From Acidobacteriota bacterium (GTDB taxonomy: Bacteria; Acidobacteriota; UBA6911; JACQSX01), in NCBI GenBank assembly GCA_036507075.1, contig DASXQR010000146.1, positions 40,662-104,661 of the forward strand: a stretch of DNA of 64,000 nucleotides, written 5' to 3'. Made by a program: the position numbers and the translations under genes. The first letter of the stretch is position 1; each line of letters opens with the position of its first letter. The notes under the pieces were generated by a model. The model was not told where the DNA came from, ran no database searches, and was given only the letters and a program-made list of their open reading frames with translations. Of the stretch, positions 54,006-64,000 are shown piece after piece.

Positions 54006-56162
54006 TTACTTCTCCAATGTAAGGCCGATCCGCTCGCTGGCAACGGAGGCTCCCTGGCGAACTGTCGCCTTGACTTCATAGCGCCCTGATTCAAACTTGT
54101 CGAGCGGGATAGTGGCTACAAAGGGAATACGCCCCAGGGAATTTGGCGGGGGCAGGTCTGGGGATCCGCGCCCGGCAGTCTGACCGTCCTTCAGAAATTC
54201 AAGCGTGAGCTCCGGCTTGGGCGCGCCGGAATGAGCGTAGATCACAAAATAAAGGGCCAGCGGTCCGTTGGGCGCCGGGCGGAATATGTCGCCGATGTTT
54301 GGCACAACCTTTCCGTCCTCGAACCTGAATGGATCGTCTGGATTCGTTTGCCCCGCGGCAATCGGATCAATCCTTTTGACAACGGCCAGGCTGCTCAAGG
54401 CCAATTCCTTGCTGACTTCGGGCACGATCAGGATCGAGCGACGCACGCTGGCCTTGTTCGATTCCCGGTCGAGAACCACCGTCTCGAGTGTGTAGCGCCC
54501 GGGAGAAACCTGAAAGGTGCGCATCAAAACATAGTTGCGACTTTTCACATCATCGATCTTCTCCAGCGGTCCCTGCAGAGGAGAATCCTGCGTGATCTTC
54601 TCGACTACCGCTCCGTCGCGATCGCGCACCAATGCGAGCACCGAGAATCTCGCGCGATAGGTCTTCTTGTCCGCTTGGGGGGTAAGCTGGAAGCTGGAAA
54701 TCGGGACCTCGACGATCAGTGAGTGGCGGACGCCTTCGCTCTCGGGCTCGAAGCGAAATGTGGCGGCGCGATAATCAAAATCGCGCGAAGGCGTTGTCGA
54801 ACCCAACAGCGCCAGCATCGGCATCTCGAAGGGCAGCACATTCCCGACGCTCGGCGGGAGCGCAAAATAACCGTTGCGCGCCTGCAGGGTCACATTCGGA
54901 CGTGAGATTTTGACCGATATAGATCGGAACTTGCCGTTGTAGTCCTTGTTCTGCGACGTGTAAGCCAGCTCGTAATGGGTTCGCAGATCTTCTTCCACCC
55001 GCTGGATCCCGGGCCGCAAGTCATTGGTATTGGCGATCAGCAGGCCGCCGGTGCTTCGCGCGAGGTCCGCGAGCGGCTCCTGTGTATTCATGGTCGTGCT
55101 CGCCTCGGCGGTGTCGCTGAGCTTGGCTTCCTCGGCTGTGACAGGCCGGCCGGACGACTGCATCTGTCCCGCGCTGGTACGCGCCGCCCTGCCGAGCATT
55201 TGCTGCCCTTCCTGTCCCAGCAGTGTGGAATTCAAGCCCCGGGCGTCGATGGCATAAACGCTGACATTGGCGCGGTTCGCTTCGCTGATGGTGGCGCGAT
55301 ACAACTCGGCGACAGGAGGAGGCACCCGCAGACCTTCGGAAAAATAGATCACGGTCTTGCGTCCGACGATTTCACGCTGCTCTCGAACAATTCCGAGCAA
55401 TCCGTGAAGAGCCGATTGGCCCTGGATGTCGCGCTGCATCTCGTCGATCGACTGCAACATATTCAACATCACCCGGGCCATCTGGAGCTCCGCGGCTGCG
55501 CCTCCGGGGTTTTCCCTGGGTGGACCGGTCGCAGGCAACGCGGCGCTCAATGTCGCTTCCATGGCGATGGTCTTCTCAGACTCCTTCTTGATCTCATCGC
55601 TCTGGGAGGCGAACTGCGTGTACGATCCCCTGGTTGCCTTCTCAACGGCGCGCTGCAAAAGATCGCGATCGGCGGTGAACTTCTGCAGTGCATAAGTTCG
55701 GCGGTCGATTTTAAAAACGGCGGCGAAAACATTCTGCGGCAGCGATTCCTTCAGCAGCGTCATAGAGGCCTGGTGCGCCAGACGGCGCGCTTCCAGGTCA
55801 TTGAGTTGATCAAACACCAGTGTAAGCAGCGTGAGAGGGCGGGTCGGGTCAAACAGCGCGGCCGCCGATTTTTCAGCGGGACCGCCGGACACGATGAGCG
55901 GGCGTTCTACTTTACGAAACCAGCTTACATTCTGCCTTACCCCATCCTCGTAAACCTCGATCTGGGCGGCGTCCAAGTCATTCACCATTTTCCCCTTCTT
56001 ATCGCGGGCAACCAGGTCGACGAGAACCGTGTCGACTTCGGTCCTGATCGGCTTTTTCATCTGAGCCTGTTCGGAGGGGGATGATGATACCGACTGCAGC
56101 GCAAAGGCGGCGCCGGCGACGAAAGGGAGAAGGAGGAGGGAGCGCGGCAACGAAAAAGGCAT
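54006..56162 (-). CDS. Acidobacterial VWA-domain protein
   Basis: VLVDLVARDKKG, GRKTVIYFSEG, VYAIDARGL, LARSTGG, YELAY. Confidence 0.85.
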   Translation of the reverse strand: MPFSLPRSLLLLPFVAGAAFALQSVSSSPSEQAQMKKPIRTEVDTVLVDLVARDKKGKMVNDLDAAQIEVYEDGVRQNVSWFRKVERPLIVSGGPAEKSAAALFDPTRPLTLLTLVFDQLNDLEARRLAHQASMTLLKESLPQNVFAAVFKIDRRTYALQKFTADRDLLQRAVEKATRGSYTQFASQSDEIKKESEKTIAMEATLSAALPATGPPRENPGGAAAELQMARVMLNMLQSIDEMQRDIQGQSALHGLLGIVREQREIVGRKTVIYFSEGLRVPPPVAELYRATISEANRANVSVYAIDARGLNSTLLGQEGQQMLGRAARTSAGQMQSSGRPVTAEEAKLSDTAEASTTMNTQEPLADLARSTGGLLIANTNDLRPGIQRVEEDLRTHYELAYTSQNKDYNGKFRSISVKISRPNVTLQARNGYFALPPSVGNVLPFEMPMLALLGSTTPSRDFDYRAATFRFEPESEGVRHSLIVEVPISSFQLTPQADKKTYRARFSVLALVRDRDGAVVEKITQDSPLQGPLEKIDDVKSRNYVLMRTFQVSPGRYTLETVVLDRESNKASVRRSILIVPEVSKELALSSLAVVKRIDPIAAGQTNPDDPFRFEDGKVVPNIGDIFRPAPNGPLALYFVIYAHSGAPKPELTLEFLKDGQTAGRGSPDLPPPNSLGRIPFVATIPLDKFESGRYEVKATVRQGASVASERIGLTLEK

Positions 56163-56183
56163 CGGAAACTGTCCAAAAAAATA

Positions 56184-56246
56184 TCACCACAGAGGCACTG
56201 GGGGCACGGAGCTTAAGACCGCGTGCCCTCTGTACCCCTGTGGTGA
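56184..56246. repeat. Intergenic palindrome (CACCACAGAG-type REP-like)
   Basis: TCACCACAGAGGCAC...GTACCCCTGTGGTGA. Confidence 0.65.
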
Positions 56247-56278
56247 AACTACCTTACCCGGATTCTTGAAACCAAGTG

Positions 56279-59200
56279 CTAAAAATAATACTTAAACGCC
56301 ATTTGAATGATGCGGCGTCCGAATTTGTTGTCTTTCGGCAGCACTCCAAGATTGCTGTTCGCCAGCTTGCCCCCGTCGAACTGGAGAGTGATGTTCTGGT
56401 TATCCAGCGACCTCAGCGGATGGTTGAGGAAGTTATATGCCGATAACCGGAACTGCACTTTCTTGCTTTCATCGATGGGGAAGTTCTTGAAGAGAGATAA
56501 ATCATGGTTTTGATATTTCGGACCCTTCAGGTACGGCCAGACATAAGTTCCCAACTGTCCCGGTTTGGGGATGCTGAAACAACTGGCGTTGAACAACCGA
56601 TCCCCGGAGGCGCCGTCGCGCGGATCGCAGGTCAAAACGGGCATCACCGCGATCTGCGGCGAACCGGTAAAGCGGGTATTTCCGATTGAGCGTCCCTCGG
56701 CGTCGGTTCCCGTAATCGCGAAGTTGGAGTTTTGCGTCTGCAGGTTCATGCCGCTCATCAGATTCGTGATCCCCGAGAACTGCCATCCATCAAGAAAAGT
56801 GTGGGCCAGAGAGGTGCGATCGCTGACAAAATTCGGAAGCAACACGTTATATGCGATGTTGAACACATGCGTGCGGTCGCTGCCCAGCACTCCGTAGCTG
56901 AACCTTCTGGGATCCAGTCCTCCCACGGTACCTCCCACGCCACTGCCGCGGATTCCCAAGGTTTTTCCAAATGTGTAGGACGCCATGTACCCGATCCGAC
57001 CGGTCTGCCGACTCAACAGCGCCTGAAAGCTGTTGTAGTTGGAGTACAGGGTATGACCTGCACGGCTCACATTCCCATAGTTGGGGAAGGGCCTGTACTT
57101 ATTCTGATCACCGTCAGGGTCGTTCAGCATCGCGCCTAACGGCACCGCATTCACATTGGAAAGATCTCCGCTATTCAGAATGTCATCGCTCTTGCTTCCC
57201 ACATAGGAAGCCTCGAGCATCATGGCGAGCGGCAGGCGTCGCTGCACCGTCATGCTCCAGTTCCACGTGACGGGCTGTTTGTCATCTTTCGGGTCCAAAC
57301 CATTCACCGATGTAACCGCGCCAGCGGCGGACAATGCGTCGAGTGCTGAAAGAGTCGTTCCACAGCAAAAGCTGGTGCCGCGCACTCCCGCAGGTGTGTC
57401 CAGAAAATTGACCTGATTATCATGGTATCGGAAGGTCCCGAATCCGCCCCGCAGCACCGTCCGTCCTCTGCCGGACAGGTCGTAAGCGAAGCCCAGTCTT
57501 GGAGAAACGAACAGGGGCCGCGACTTGATGCCGGAGAGGGGAATGCCGTTGTCCTTCTTGTGCCAGAAAATCCCCGGAAGGGCGTCGGCCGGAGCTTTAG
57601 GGTCCAGCCGGCTCAGATCCACCACCGCCAACCCATTTCCCTCACGGTCATACCAGGCGCCCAGGTGAGAGAAACGGCTTCCCAGCTCAAGCGTGAACCT
57701 GGGTGTGACTTTCCAACTGTCTTGCACGTAAAACTCAATAATGTGATACCCGGTATTATGCAGCGCGTTTTTGGTTTGTTCTTCATACTGGGTCACTCGG
57801 CCCATCAGAAGATCCGAAAAGACATTTCCGGTTGAGTTTTCGCCCCACGTCGATGGAATTACCACACCGTTGGAGTTGCCATTGCCCGGTTGGTTATTGT
57901 TGATCCATTCGTAGTAGACGCCGAATCTGGTTGTGTGGGTTGAGAATACTTTGCTCACATTGTCGGAAGCCGAGTTCAGCCACTTTTTTGCAAACAATAC
58001 CGGGTCAAATCCACCCGGGTTGAAGATCGTACCCACGCCGCCCCACCCCGGAATGACGGAAGGTATCTGGTCCAAGCCGTTCTTGAAAATTCCTTTGTAG
58101 GGGTACCCAAGAGCGGACTTTGACACTTTCTGAGGATCCTCCAGGCGGTTGGGAAAATTTATATAGGTAGTAGAGAAGATGGTCTCGTTGGTGAGCGAGG
58201 GATTGAATACATGAGTCAGGGTTCCTGCCAGTGAATGGGAACGATTGTCCGCCACTACAGAGGTCGGATAAGGAACCTGGTTGCCGTTTCTCCACCACAA
58301 TCCGACAGGAAAAGGCTGTAATTCCGCCTGGCGGTTGTAGCGGATAAACAGCTTGGTGTTTTCACTGACGCTGTAGTCGACGCGCGTGACAAACTGCGTC
58401 ATGTCCTGATCGATCGGAATCGCCTGTACGAAGTTGTATCCATTAGCGCGAGCCGGCTCAACATTCGGCAGTGGGTAAAGATTCATCAAAACCTGTCCAC
58501 CTTTGTCGATCAGGTTGGCCGGAATCTTGCCTCCCACGATCCCCGCAGCGGTTGGGATCGCCGTGGCGTTGCCGCCGTTCTGCGTCAGCAGCTTCATATA
58601 ATTGGCGTCGCTGAAATCTCCCGCCCGCATGGCGGCCGTCGGCACCGTTGCCTGCAGTATGCCGGTATCCAGCCGCTGCTTCATGTATTCGAAACCGGTA
58701 AAGAAGAACAGCTTGTCGCGGTTCCTGTTGAAGTTCGTACCGGGAATTAAGACCGGACCGCCGATGTTACCGCCAGGGAACTTGAATTTGTTCTTGGTGC
58801 GGGGCTGTTCAAGTTTGTTCAGCAGCCACTCGTTGGAATTGAGGCGGTAATCTCGGAAGTAGTAGTACGCCTCGCCATGAAAATCTTTTCCGCCCGCCTT
58901 CGTCACGGAGTGAAACACGACCGGGCCTTTGGAGTTTTCCGCGCCGAAGTTCGATTGCAGAACTTTGATCTCTTCGATCATGTCCGGGTTCGGATTTACG
59001 GGAGATGCGCAGTTGCAACCCGGGTCTGATACGTGGGCGCCGTCCGACACGATGTCCAGAGCATCCGAGCCGCCGCCGTTGGCGGAATAATTTCCAATCG
59101 CGCTTTGCTTGCCCCCGTCTCCGTTTCCGTTGATACCGATAATCTCGCCATTGAATCCGGGGCGGTTCTGCAATCCATTGGTGAGGGGAGTCATACCGGG

Positions 59201-59701
59201 CAGTACTTTCAAAAGTTCGGCGGCGCTTCGCCCCACGATGGCAATGTTGTCGATTTGCGTGGAGGTAAGCAGCGCGCTCTTCTCGCCTGAATCCACCGGC
59301 GTGATGATCTCCGGAGTGGAAACGACTGTGATCTTTTCACCGGCGCCCGCGGGATTCAGCTTGATATCCGAGAGATTCAGTTTGTCCCCGGCATGCAAGA
59401 CAAGCTTGTTCTGCTCCCATTTTGAAAAGCCCTGGACCTCGACGGACACGGTGTACGAGCCCGGTGGGACCGCGGCAATGGTGAAGTATCCTTCATCGTT
59501 TGAAATTGTCTTTCGCACGTTCCCCGAGTCTTCATTCTTCAGGGTGATGTCGGCGCCCGGTATGACCGCGCCTGATGCATCCATGACCGTCCCGGTCAGG
59601 GTTCCATTGAGCTGCTGAGCGTTTGTCTGTCCGCTTAAACAAAGTAGCAGCGCCAGTGATAGCAGGCCTAGATTCAGTTTTCGGGTCGCACTCACTTTCA
59701 T
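56279..59701 (-). CDS. Oar-type TonB-dependent receptor with carboxypeptidase-like N-domain
   Basis: SD GGAGGT before the ATG at 59701; GTVMDASGAVIPGA, EEIKV..SNF.AE, C-terminal RIIQMAFKYYF. Confidence 0.9.
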   Translation of the reverse strand: MKVSATRKLNLGLLSLALLLCLSGQTNAQQLNGTLTGTVMDASGAVIPGADITLKNEDSGNVRKTISNDEGYFTIAAVPPGSYTVSVEVQGFSKWEQNKLVLHAGDKLNLSDIKLNPAGAGEKITVVSTPEIITPVDSGEKSALLTSTQIDNIAIVGRSAAELLKVLPGMTPLTNGLQNRPGFNGEIIGINGNGDGGKQSAIGNYSANGGGSDALDIVSDGAHVSDPGCNCASPVNPNPDMIEEIKVLQSNFGAENSKGPVVFHSVTKAGGKDFHGEAYYYFRDYRLNSNEWLLNKLEQPRTKNKFKFPGGNIGGPVLIPGTNFNRNRDKLFFFTGFEYMKQRLDTGILQATVPTAAMRAGDFSDANYMKLLTQNGGNATAIPTAAGIVGGKIPANLIDKGGQVLMNLYPLPNVEPARANGYNFVQAIPIDQDMTQFVTRVDYSVSENTKLFIRYNRQAELQPFPVGLWWRNGNQVPYPTSVVADNRSHSLAGTLTHVFNPSLTNETIFSTTYINFPNRLEDPQKVSKSALGYPYKGIFKNGLDQIPSVIPGWGGVGTIFNPGGFDPVLFAKKWLNSASDNVSKVFSTHTTRFGVYYEWINNNQPGNGNSNGVVIPSTWGENSTGNVFSDLLMGRVTQYEEQTKNALHNTGYHIIEFYVQDSWKVTPRFTLELGSRFSHLGAWYDREGNGLAVVDLSRLDPKAPADALPGIFWHKKDNGIPLSGIKSRPLFVSPRLGFAYDLSGRGRTVLRGGFGTFRYHDNQVNFLDTPAGVRGTSFCCGTTLSALDALSAAGAVTSVNGLDPKDDKQPVTWNWSMTVQRRLPLAMMLEASYVGSKSDDILNSGDLSNVNAVPLGAMLNDPDGDQNKYRPFPNYGNVSRAGHTLYSNYNSFQALLSRQTGRIGYMASYTFGKTLGIRGSGVGGTVGGLDPRRFSYGVLGSDRTHVFNIAYNVLLPNFVSDRTSLAHTFLDGWQFSGITNLMSGMNLQTQNSNFAITGTDAEGRSIGNTRFTGSPQIAVMPVLTCDPRDGASGDRLFNASCFSIPKPGQLGTYVWPYLKGPKYQNHDLSLFKNFPIDESKKVQFRLSAYNFLNHPLRSLDNQNITLQFDGGKLANSNLGVLPKDNKFGRRIIQMAFKYYF

Positions 59702-60018
59702 ATAACCTCCTGCAATTCCGAACACTGCACTCGGTAAGGATCGGCTGGATTGCTGATCGACGACAAACCGGCGCAGACTAAAGAGGATTCACGACAAGAA
59801 CCAAATATATTTTTTTGGAGCTGATCCAAGCGCTTGGGTTTTCAATCGAAATGCTCAGATAAACCACTCCCTTTGTGGATTCACACTTAATTGCGTGATG
59901 CCGCTGCATGTCAACTTATACTAGGGCTACTTTCGCTTGCAGTATAATACGGTTACCTTTTATAAAACATAACAGACTTTCCGGATATTGTTACACCGCT
60001 GGTTAACGGTTAAACGGC

Positions 60019-61332
60019 ATGGCTCCCTCCAAACAAGAGACCCTGCAGCAGCTCAACAGAATCCTGCAGAGCCGCACGCTTCACGGATCTGAAAACCTCA
60101 AGGCGTTTCTCCGCTTTGTCGTGACGGAAAGCCTGGAAAAGCGCACCAACTTGAAGGAGTACACCATCGCGACCCAGGTTTTCGGGCGCGGCGATCAGTA
60201 TGACCCCCGAGTCGACTCGGTCGTTCGGGTCCAAGCAAGCAGACTGCGTTCGAAATTGCTCGAATTCTATTCCAGCGAGGGGAAAGACGACCACATCATT
60301 ATTGAGTTGCCTAAGGGACACTACACGCCCATTGTTTCGTACTTGCCAAACGGTTCCCGCTCGGAGGCCGCGTCCCACTCCCCGATTGTTGCCGGCTTGT
60401 CGAACGTGAGACATCGGCCGGGCCTTTGGCCTTATTACGCGGCTGTTTCCGCCCTGTTCATTGCCATCTTTCTTGGCGCTGTCGCCATCTATTATCGAAG
60501 CCAGGCGCAGCAGGCCGTCAAGGGCGCCTCCAGCAGCACATCGCCGCCGCCGGAAACTTTCCCCTTGTGGTCGGACTTCCTCAATTCACGCGAGCCGGTC
60601 CTGGTGGCGTACAGCAACGCCGTATTTCGCGCCACACCGACGGGGTTGAAGCTTTTGAAGCCGCTCACAACCGCGGACAAGGATTCGGAAGCGGGCGTCG
60701 CAGGAACCTTACAGGGCACCGGCGCCAACGACTTGATTATTGATTATTACACCGGGGTGGGCGAGGTTGCCGCCGTTTTGGCGCTGGGCAATTTCTTTTC
60801 GCGCGCAGACAAGTCGTTCGCGTTAAAACGCAGTCTGGTGGTGACGTGGGAGGATTTCAAGACAGCAAACATGATCATCCTTGGTTCCACTGCAGAGAAT
60901 CTTATTTTGAGACAATTGCCTCAGAAACAGGACTTCATTTTTCGACTGGTGAGTGAAAACCGGATGACGCGTTTCGGCATAATCAATCTGAGACCGCGTC
61001 CCGGCGAGGGCAGCGCTTTCTTCACCAAACCTGATGGGAGCTTTACCAGCCGAACAACGGAGGATTACGCCCTTATCAGCCTGCTCCAGGGTTTCGATTC
61101 CAAACACAAGCTCATGATCATTGCTGGCATGACCACATTCGGCACACAGGCAGCGGCAGAATATATGACTCGACCCGAATATATTGCCGACATGACGCGA
61201 CATTTGAACACGGCGCCTTCAGGACAGCCTCCTTCGCTTCCTCGCTACTACCAGGTCATCGTCAGGATCAAGGTCAATGGCGGCGTTCCCGTAGAAACCT
61301 CGTACGTCACTCATCACGTCCTGGGAATGTAA
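60019..61332 (+). CDS. Membrane-anchored one-component regulator (N-terminal wHTH-like domain)
   Basis: LKEYTIATQVFGR...DSVVRVQASRLR.KL..Y...LPKGHY followed by a TM helix; divergent from the receptor gene. Confidence 0.8.
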   Translation: MAPSKQETLQQLNRILQSRTLHGSENLKAFLRFVVTESLEKRTNLKEYTIATQVFGRGDQYDPRVDSVVRVQASRLRSKLLEFYSSEGKDDHIIIELPKGHYTPIVSYLPNGSRSEAASHSPIVAGLSNVRHRPGLWPYYAAVSALFIAIFLGAVAIYYRSQAQQAVKGASSSTSPPPETFPLWSDFLNSREPVLVAYSNAVFRATPTGLKLLKPLTTADKDSEAGVAGTLQGTGANDLIIDYYTGVGEVAAVLALGNFFSRADKSFALKRSLVVTWEDFKTANMIILGSTAENLILRQLPQKQDFIFRLVSENRMTRFGIINLRPRPGEGSAFFTKPDGSFTSRTTEDYALISLLQGFDSKHKLMIIAGMTTFGTQAAAEYMTRPEYIADMTRHLNTAPSGQPPSLPRYYQVIVRIKVNGGVPVETSYVTHHVLGM

Positions 61333-61713
61333 TGTCGTAGAAAAAAAACGGACCGCGAACGCCCGGGAATCCAAGCATCGTCTTGTGAGTTGAAAGATCG
61401 ATGTTGTCGGGCCACGCATATGCGCCGCCCGCGCTGTGGCAGTGCATTCCACGCGTGAAGCCTCGTACGCGCGCCATCAATTCCTCTTTGGGCGTAAATG
61501 GATCATCGCCTCCGTAAACTTGCGATTTGTTGGACAACACGGCTTGTTTCATGCTCTCAAGCGAAAAGACCGCGTCGTTGTAGGCGAGCATGTCAAACAC
61601 GCCGCCGAAATAATTTTGGAAGCAAAGCGATTCGGCTTCGCCTTGCCGTAATCAAACCGATACTCCGATCACATCGCATCGGGTTTAGATTGTTTCAAGG
61701 CGGGGCGTCGCGA

Positions 61714-62148
61714 CTACCGCTTCGCGGCCATCTGGGCGCGCTGGCGCTCTTCTGCCTCCCTGAGCTCGGGAGTGAACGCGGGACCGAAATCCGACGCCTC
61801 GAACACCTGGCGAATCTCGATCTCGGCTTCCGTGCCGGGGAAGGGATTGGGGCAGCGCTTCACCCATTCGATCGCCTCATCCTTCGACTTTACCTGAATC
61901 AGCCAGAAGCCGGCGATCAGCTCCTTCGACTCGGCAAAGGGCCCGTCGATCACAGTCCGCTTCTCTCTGGAGAACTTGACGCGCGCGCCCTTCGAGCTCG
62001 GCTGGAGTCCCTCGGCGGCGAGCAGCACGCCGGCTTTCGCCAGCTCTTCGTTGTACTTCCCCATCTCGGTAAGCAGCTTCTCGTCCGGGAGAACGCCCGC
62101 TTCTGAGTCCTTGTTGGCTTTGACTATCACCATGAATCGCATTGTCAT
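61714..62148 (-). CDS. YciI/DGPF family protein
   Basis: DGPFAESKELIAGFW. Confidence 0.9.
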   Translation of the reverse strand: MTMRFMVIVKANKDSEAGVLPDEKLLTEMGKYNEELAKAGVLLAAEGLQPSSKGARVKFSREKRTVIDGPFAESKELIAGFWLIQVKSKDEAIEWVKRCPNPFPGTEAEIEIRQVFEASDFGPAFTPELREAEERQRAQMAAKR

Positions 62149-62290
62149 TTCTCCTTGTGGTTACAAGCCGGGCTTTCGGACCGGTCTCGACCGGTTATGA
62201 ACCCCAGCTCTATTATGAAGTCGAACGCGGGCCGGCAAGATCGACACGTCGAATTAACTTTTTTTGCAGGCGAGGCCTGGCTTGGCTGTT

Positions 62291-62353
62291 CGGAGCCCGA
62301 ACGCAGCGTCCTGCCGCGGCGAAGCCGTGGCAGGACGCTCCGTTCGCGCTCTG
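62291..62353. repeat. Long intergenic hairpin
   Basis: GAACGCAGCGTCCTGCCGCGGC-GAA-GCCGTGGCAGGACGCTCCGTTC. Confidence 0.65.
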
Positions 62354-62457
62354 ACATTTGGCAAAATATCTGTGTAAAAAGGGGTCTGTGTAAAAAGGGG
62401 TCTGTCCCCCTTTTTTCAGGGCATAAAAATTCCTCGTGGCCGATTTGCGATTTGGGG

Positions 62458-62835
62458 CTACTTCGCTTCGAGCACGGACAGGATGTTTCCGGCTGGATCC
62501 TTAAACCATGCTATCTTTGGACCCTCTCCCCGGGAGATGCCTCTTTTGTCTGTCTTCAGGTTTGTTTCATCGTAGATCTCGAAGCGCACGCCACGCTTCG
62601 CGAGCTGATCAACCGCTTCCTCGACATTGTCGACAGGGAAATTGAGGATGGTAAAAGTTGCCGGCGTATGGTTGGGCTTGGGGTACACGAATACCTTGCT
62701 GCCGCCGGCAATGTGTAGCTCCAACCCCTCTTTCCTCTCGGCAACCTCCAGCCCGAGCGTCTGGCCGTAAAACTTTTTGGCTTTCTGCAGGTCATTTACC
62801 GAAAAACCACTGAATGCATGGATGTTCTTGAACAT
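62458..62835 (-). CDS. VOC/glyoxalase family protein
   Basis: [30 protein letters not shown]. Confidence 0.9.
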   Translation of the reverse strand: MFKNIHAFSGFSVNDLQKAKKFYGQTLGLEVAERKEGLELHIAGGSKVFVYPKPNHTPATFTILNFPVDNVEEAVDQLAKRGVRFEIYDETNLKTDKRGISRGEGPKIAWFKDPAGNILSVLEAK

Positions 62836-62947
62836 TCGCTCTCCTTTAGTGAGATTGTACCCATGGACGCTAGAGGGAGCCTCGCGGCACGCCCCGGAGT
62901 GTCGGCGCGGGAGAATTGATCTACCCTTCTGACCGTTCCGGCATAGC

Positions 62948-63114
62948 GGAGAGACGTCCTGAGGGACGTCTCAGGGAATGTCGCGGGATTGCCGAGACGG
63001 CCATCGGGCCGTCTCTCCACTCTCGAAAATGTCCAAACTCCTGAAGGCGGCCTGAGGGCGTCTCAGGGGAAATCTTACATTTTGTGAGTAGAGACGGCCT
63101 CAGGCTGTCTCTAC
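62948..63114. repeat. Cluster of four GAGACG...CGTCTC palindromes (GTAG-type REP-like)
   Basis: Units near 62951, 62994, 63046 and 63088. Confidence 0.6.
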
Positions 63115-63192
63115 GCGATGTAAGCTGGTGCTTGCAGAATGGATTTCCGGGCAATGTAGCACGTAGTCTGTAACATGTGCTACACTGGAGGC

Positions 63193-63432
63193 ATGAAAAC
63201 TTATGTTCACGCGCGTCTGAGCGAGGAAGAGCGCGTGGTCCTCGAGGAACTGAAGCAATCGACAGGTTGCACCGAATCGGAAATTGTTCGGCGCGGGCTG
63301 CAACTGGTGGCGGAGGCGGCGGGCCGGCGCCCAAGTGCACTCGAACTCGCCGGAAACAGTGTTGGGCGGTTCAAGAAAGGTCCGAGGGATTTGTCCACAA
63401 ACAAGAAGCATCTGAAGGGCTTTGGCGAGTGA
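63193..63432 (+). CDS. RHH/CopG antitoxin
   Basis: SD GGAGG; TESEIVRRGL, DLSTNKKHL.GFGE; GTGA overlap with the PIN gene. Confidence 0.8.
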   Translation: MKTYVHARLSEEERVVLEELKQSTGCTESEIVRRGLQLVAEAAGRRPSALELAGNSVGRFKKGPRDLSTNKKHLKGFGE

Positions 63433-63848
63433 ACTCTGCGGGAATGCTGCTGGATACCGGTCCGCTGGTTGCCCTGCTCTCCCACAACGACGCCCATCAC
63501 GCGCGGGCGCGCCGACTGTTCGCCCAGTGCGCGCCGCCGTTTCGCTGCTGCGAAGCCGTCGTGGCGGAAGCCTGTTTCCTGATTAGGAAGGTTCATGCTA
63601 CAGGCCCCGCTGAAGTCGTGGCACTGGGACGACGCGGCGTATACCAGATGGCGATTTCCGTCGAAGAGCACTGGACGAACATCGAAGCGCTTTTAAAGAA
63701 GTACGCGAATCGACCTATCTCCCTGGCCGACGCATGTCTCATTCGATGCGCCGAGATCCACCAGGAGGCACGAATCTTCACGTTCGACCGCGATTTCAGC
63801 ATCTACCGGTGGGCACGAAACAGGAAGTTTGAACTCCTTAAAAGTTAA
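63429..63848 (+). CDS. PIN (VapC-like) toxin
   Basis: LLDTGPLVA, EACFL, SLADAC, FTFDRDF. Confidence 0.88.
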   Translation: MNSAGMLLDTGPLVALLSHNDAHHARARRLFAQCAPPFRCCEAVVAEACFLIRKVHATGPAEVVALGRRGVYQMAISVEEHWTNIEALLKKYANRPISLADACLIRCAEIHQEARIFTFDRDFSIYRWARNRKFELLKS

Positions 63849-64000
63849 TCTTCGCCACAATCTGGCCCAGGCGCGCTCCCGTGCGCGGCCCGTTCGCGAC
63901 ACCAAATCTGGTGAGATCGAGCACGTTCGGTCGGGGCGGCGTGCCGCCCAGTCCGAAGTTTGTGCGGTTGAAAATATTGAAGAATTCACCGCGAATCTCG

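Noticed and set aside
61307..61650. Minus-strand ORF (FQNYFGGVFDMLAYND...)
   Set aside because: Looks like a gene fragment, but I cannot assign a family or a start.
62948..63114. CRISPR mini-array
   Set aside because: Units are degenerate, appear mixed in orientation, have short spacers, and no cas genes were seen.

Overview
Accessory-rich bacterial window, most likely from an Acidobacteriota genome (ADOP permease plus PadR, Acidobacteria-type VWA, CRTAC1/TPR and Oar-type receptor genes). Positions 1 to about 21.6 kb are the right part of an integrative element. Its core carries an XRE gene, a RuvC-like gene, an adenine methylase, a VirD4-like coupling ATPase, a Replic_Relax protein, an excisionase and a tyrosine integrase. 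Its cargo includes a TerY-P-like vWA/PP2C/kinase triad whose vWA is fused to a NYN/PIN ribonuclease, an unannotated 52-aa stand-alone C3HC4 RING finger gene, a PEGA/beta-propeller/lectin protein, a second NYN protein and a PD-(D/E)XK-like protein. The element ends in a tRNA-Val 3' half. The 21.6-38.4 kb segment is a patchwork punctuated by further tRNA 3' halves (Leu, Pro, Val) and holds a frameshifted TonB receptor, a truncated group II intron, gene fragments, ppsA, an acyl-CoA ligase/acyltransferase, vapBC and an NHL protein. The rest holds ADOP/PadR, a PQQ dehydrogenase, a DegT aminotransferase, a TBDR-VWA-TPR-CRTAC1 operon with its regulator, YciI, VOC, a second PIN toxin-antitoxin pair and several REP/MITE-like palindromes. 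All calls are by eye from motifs; no searches were run.
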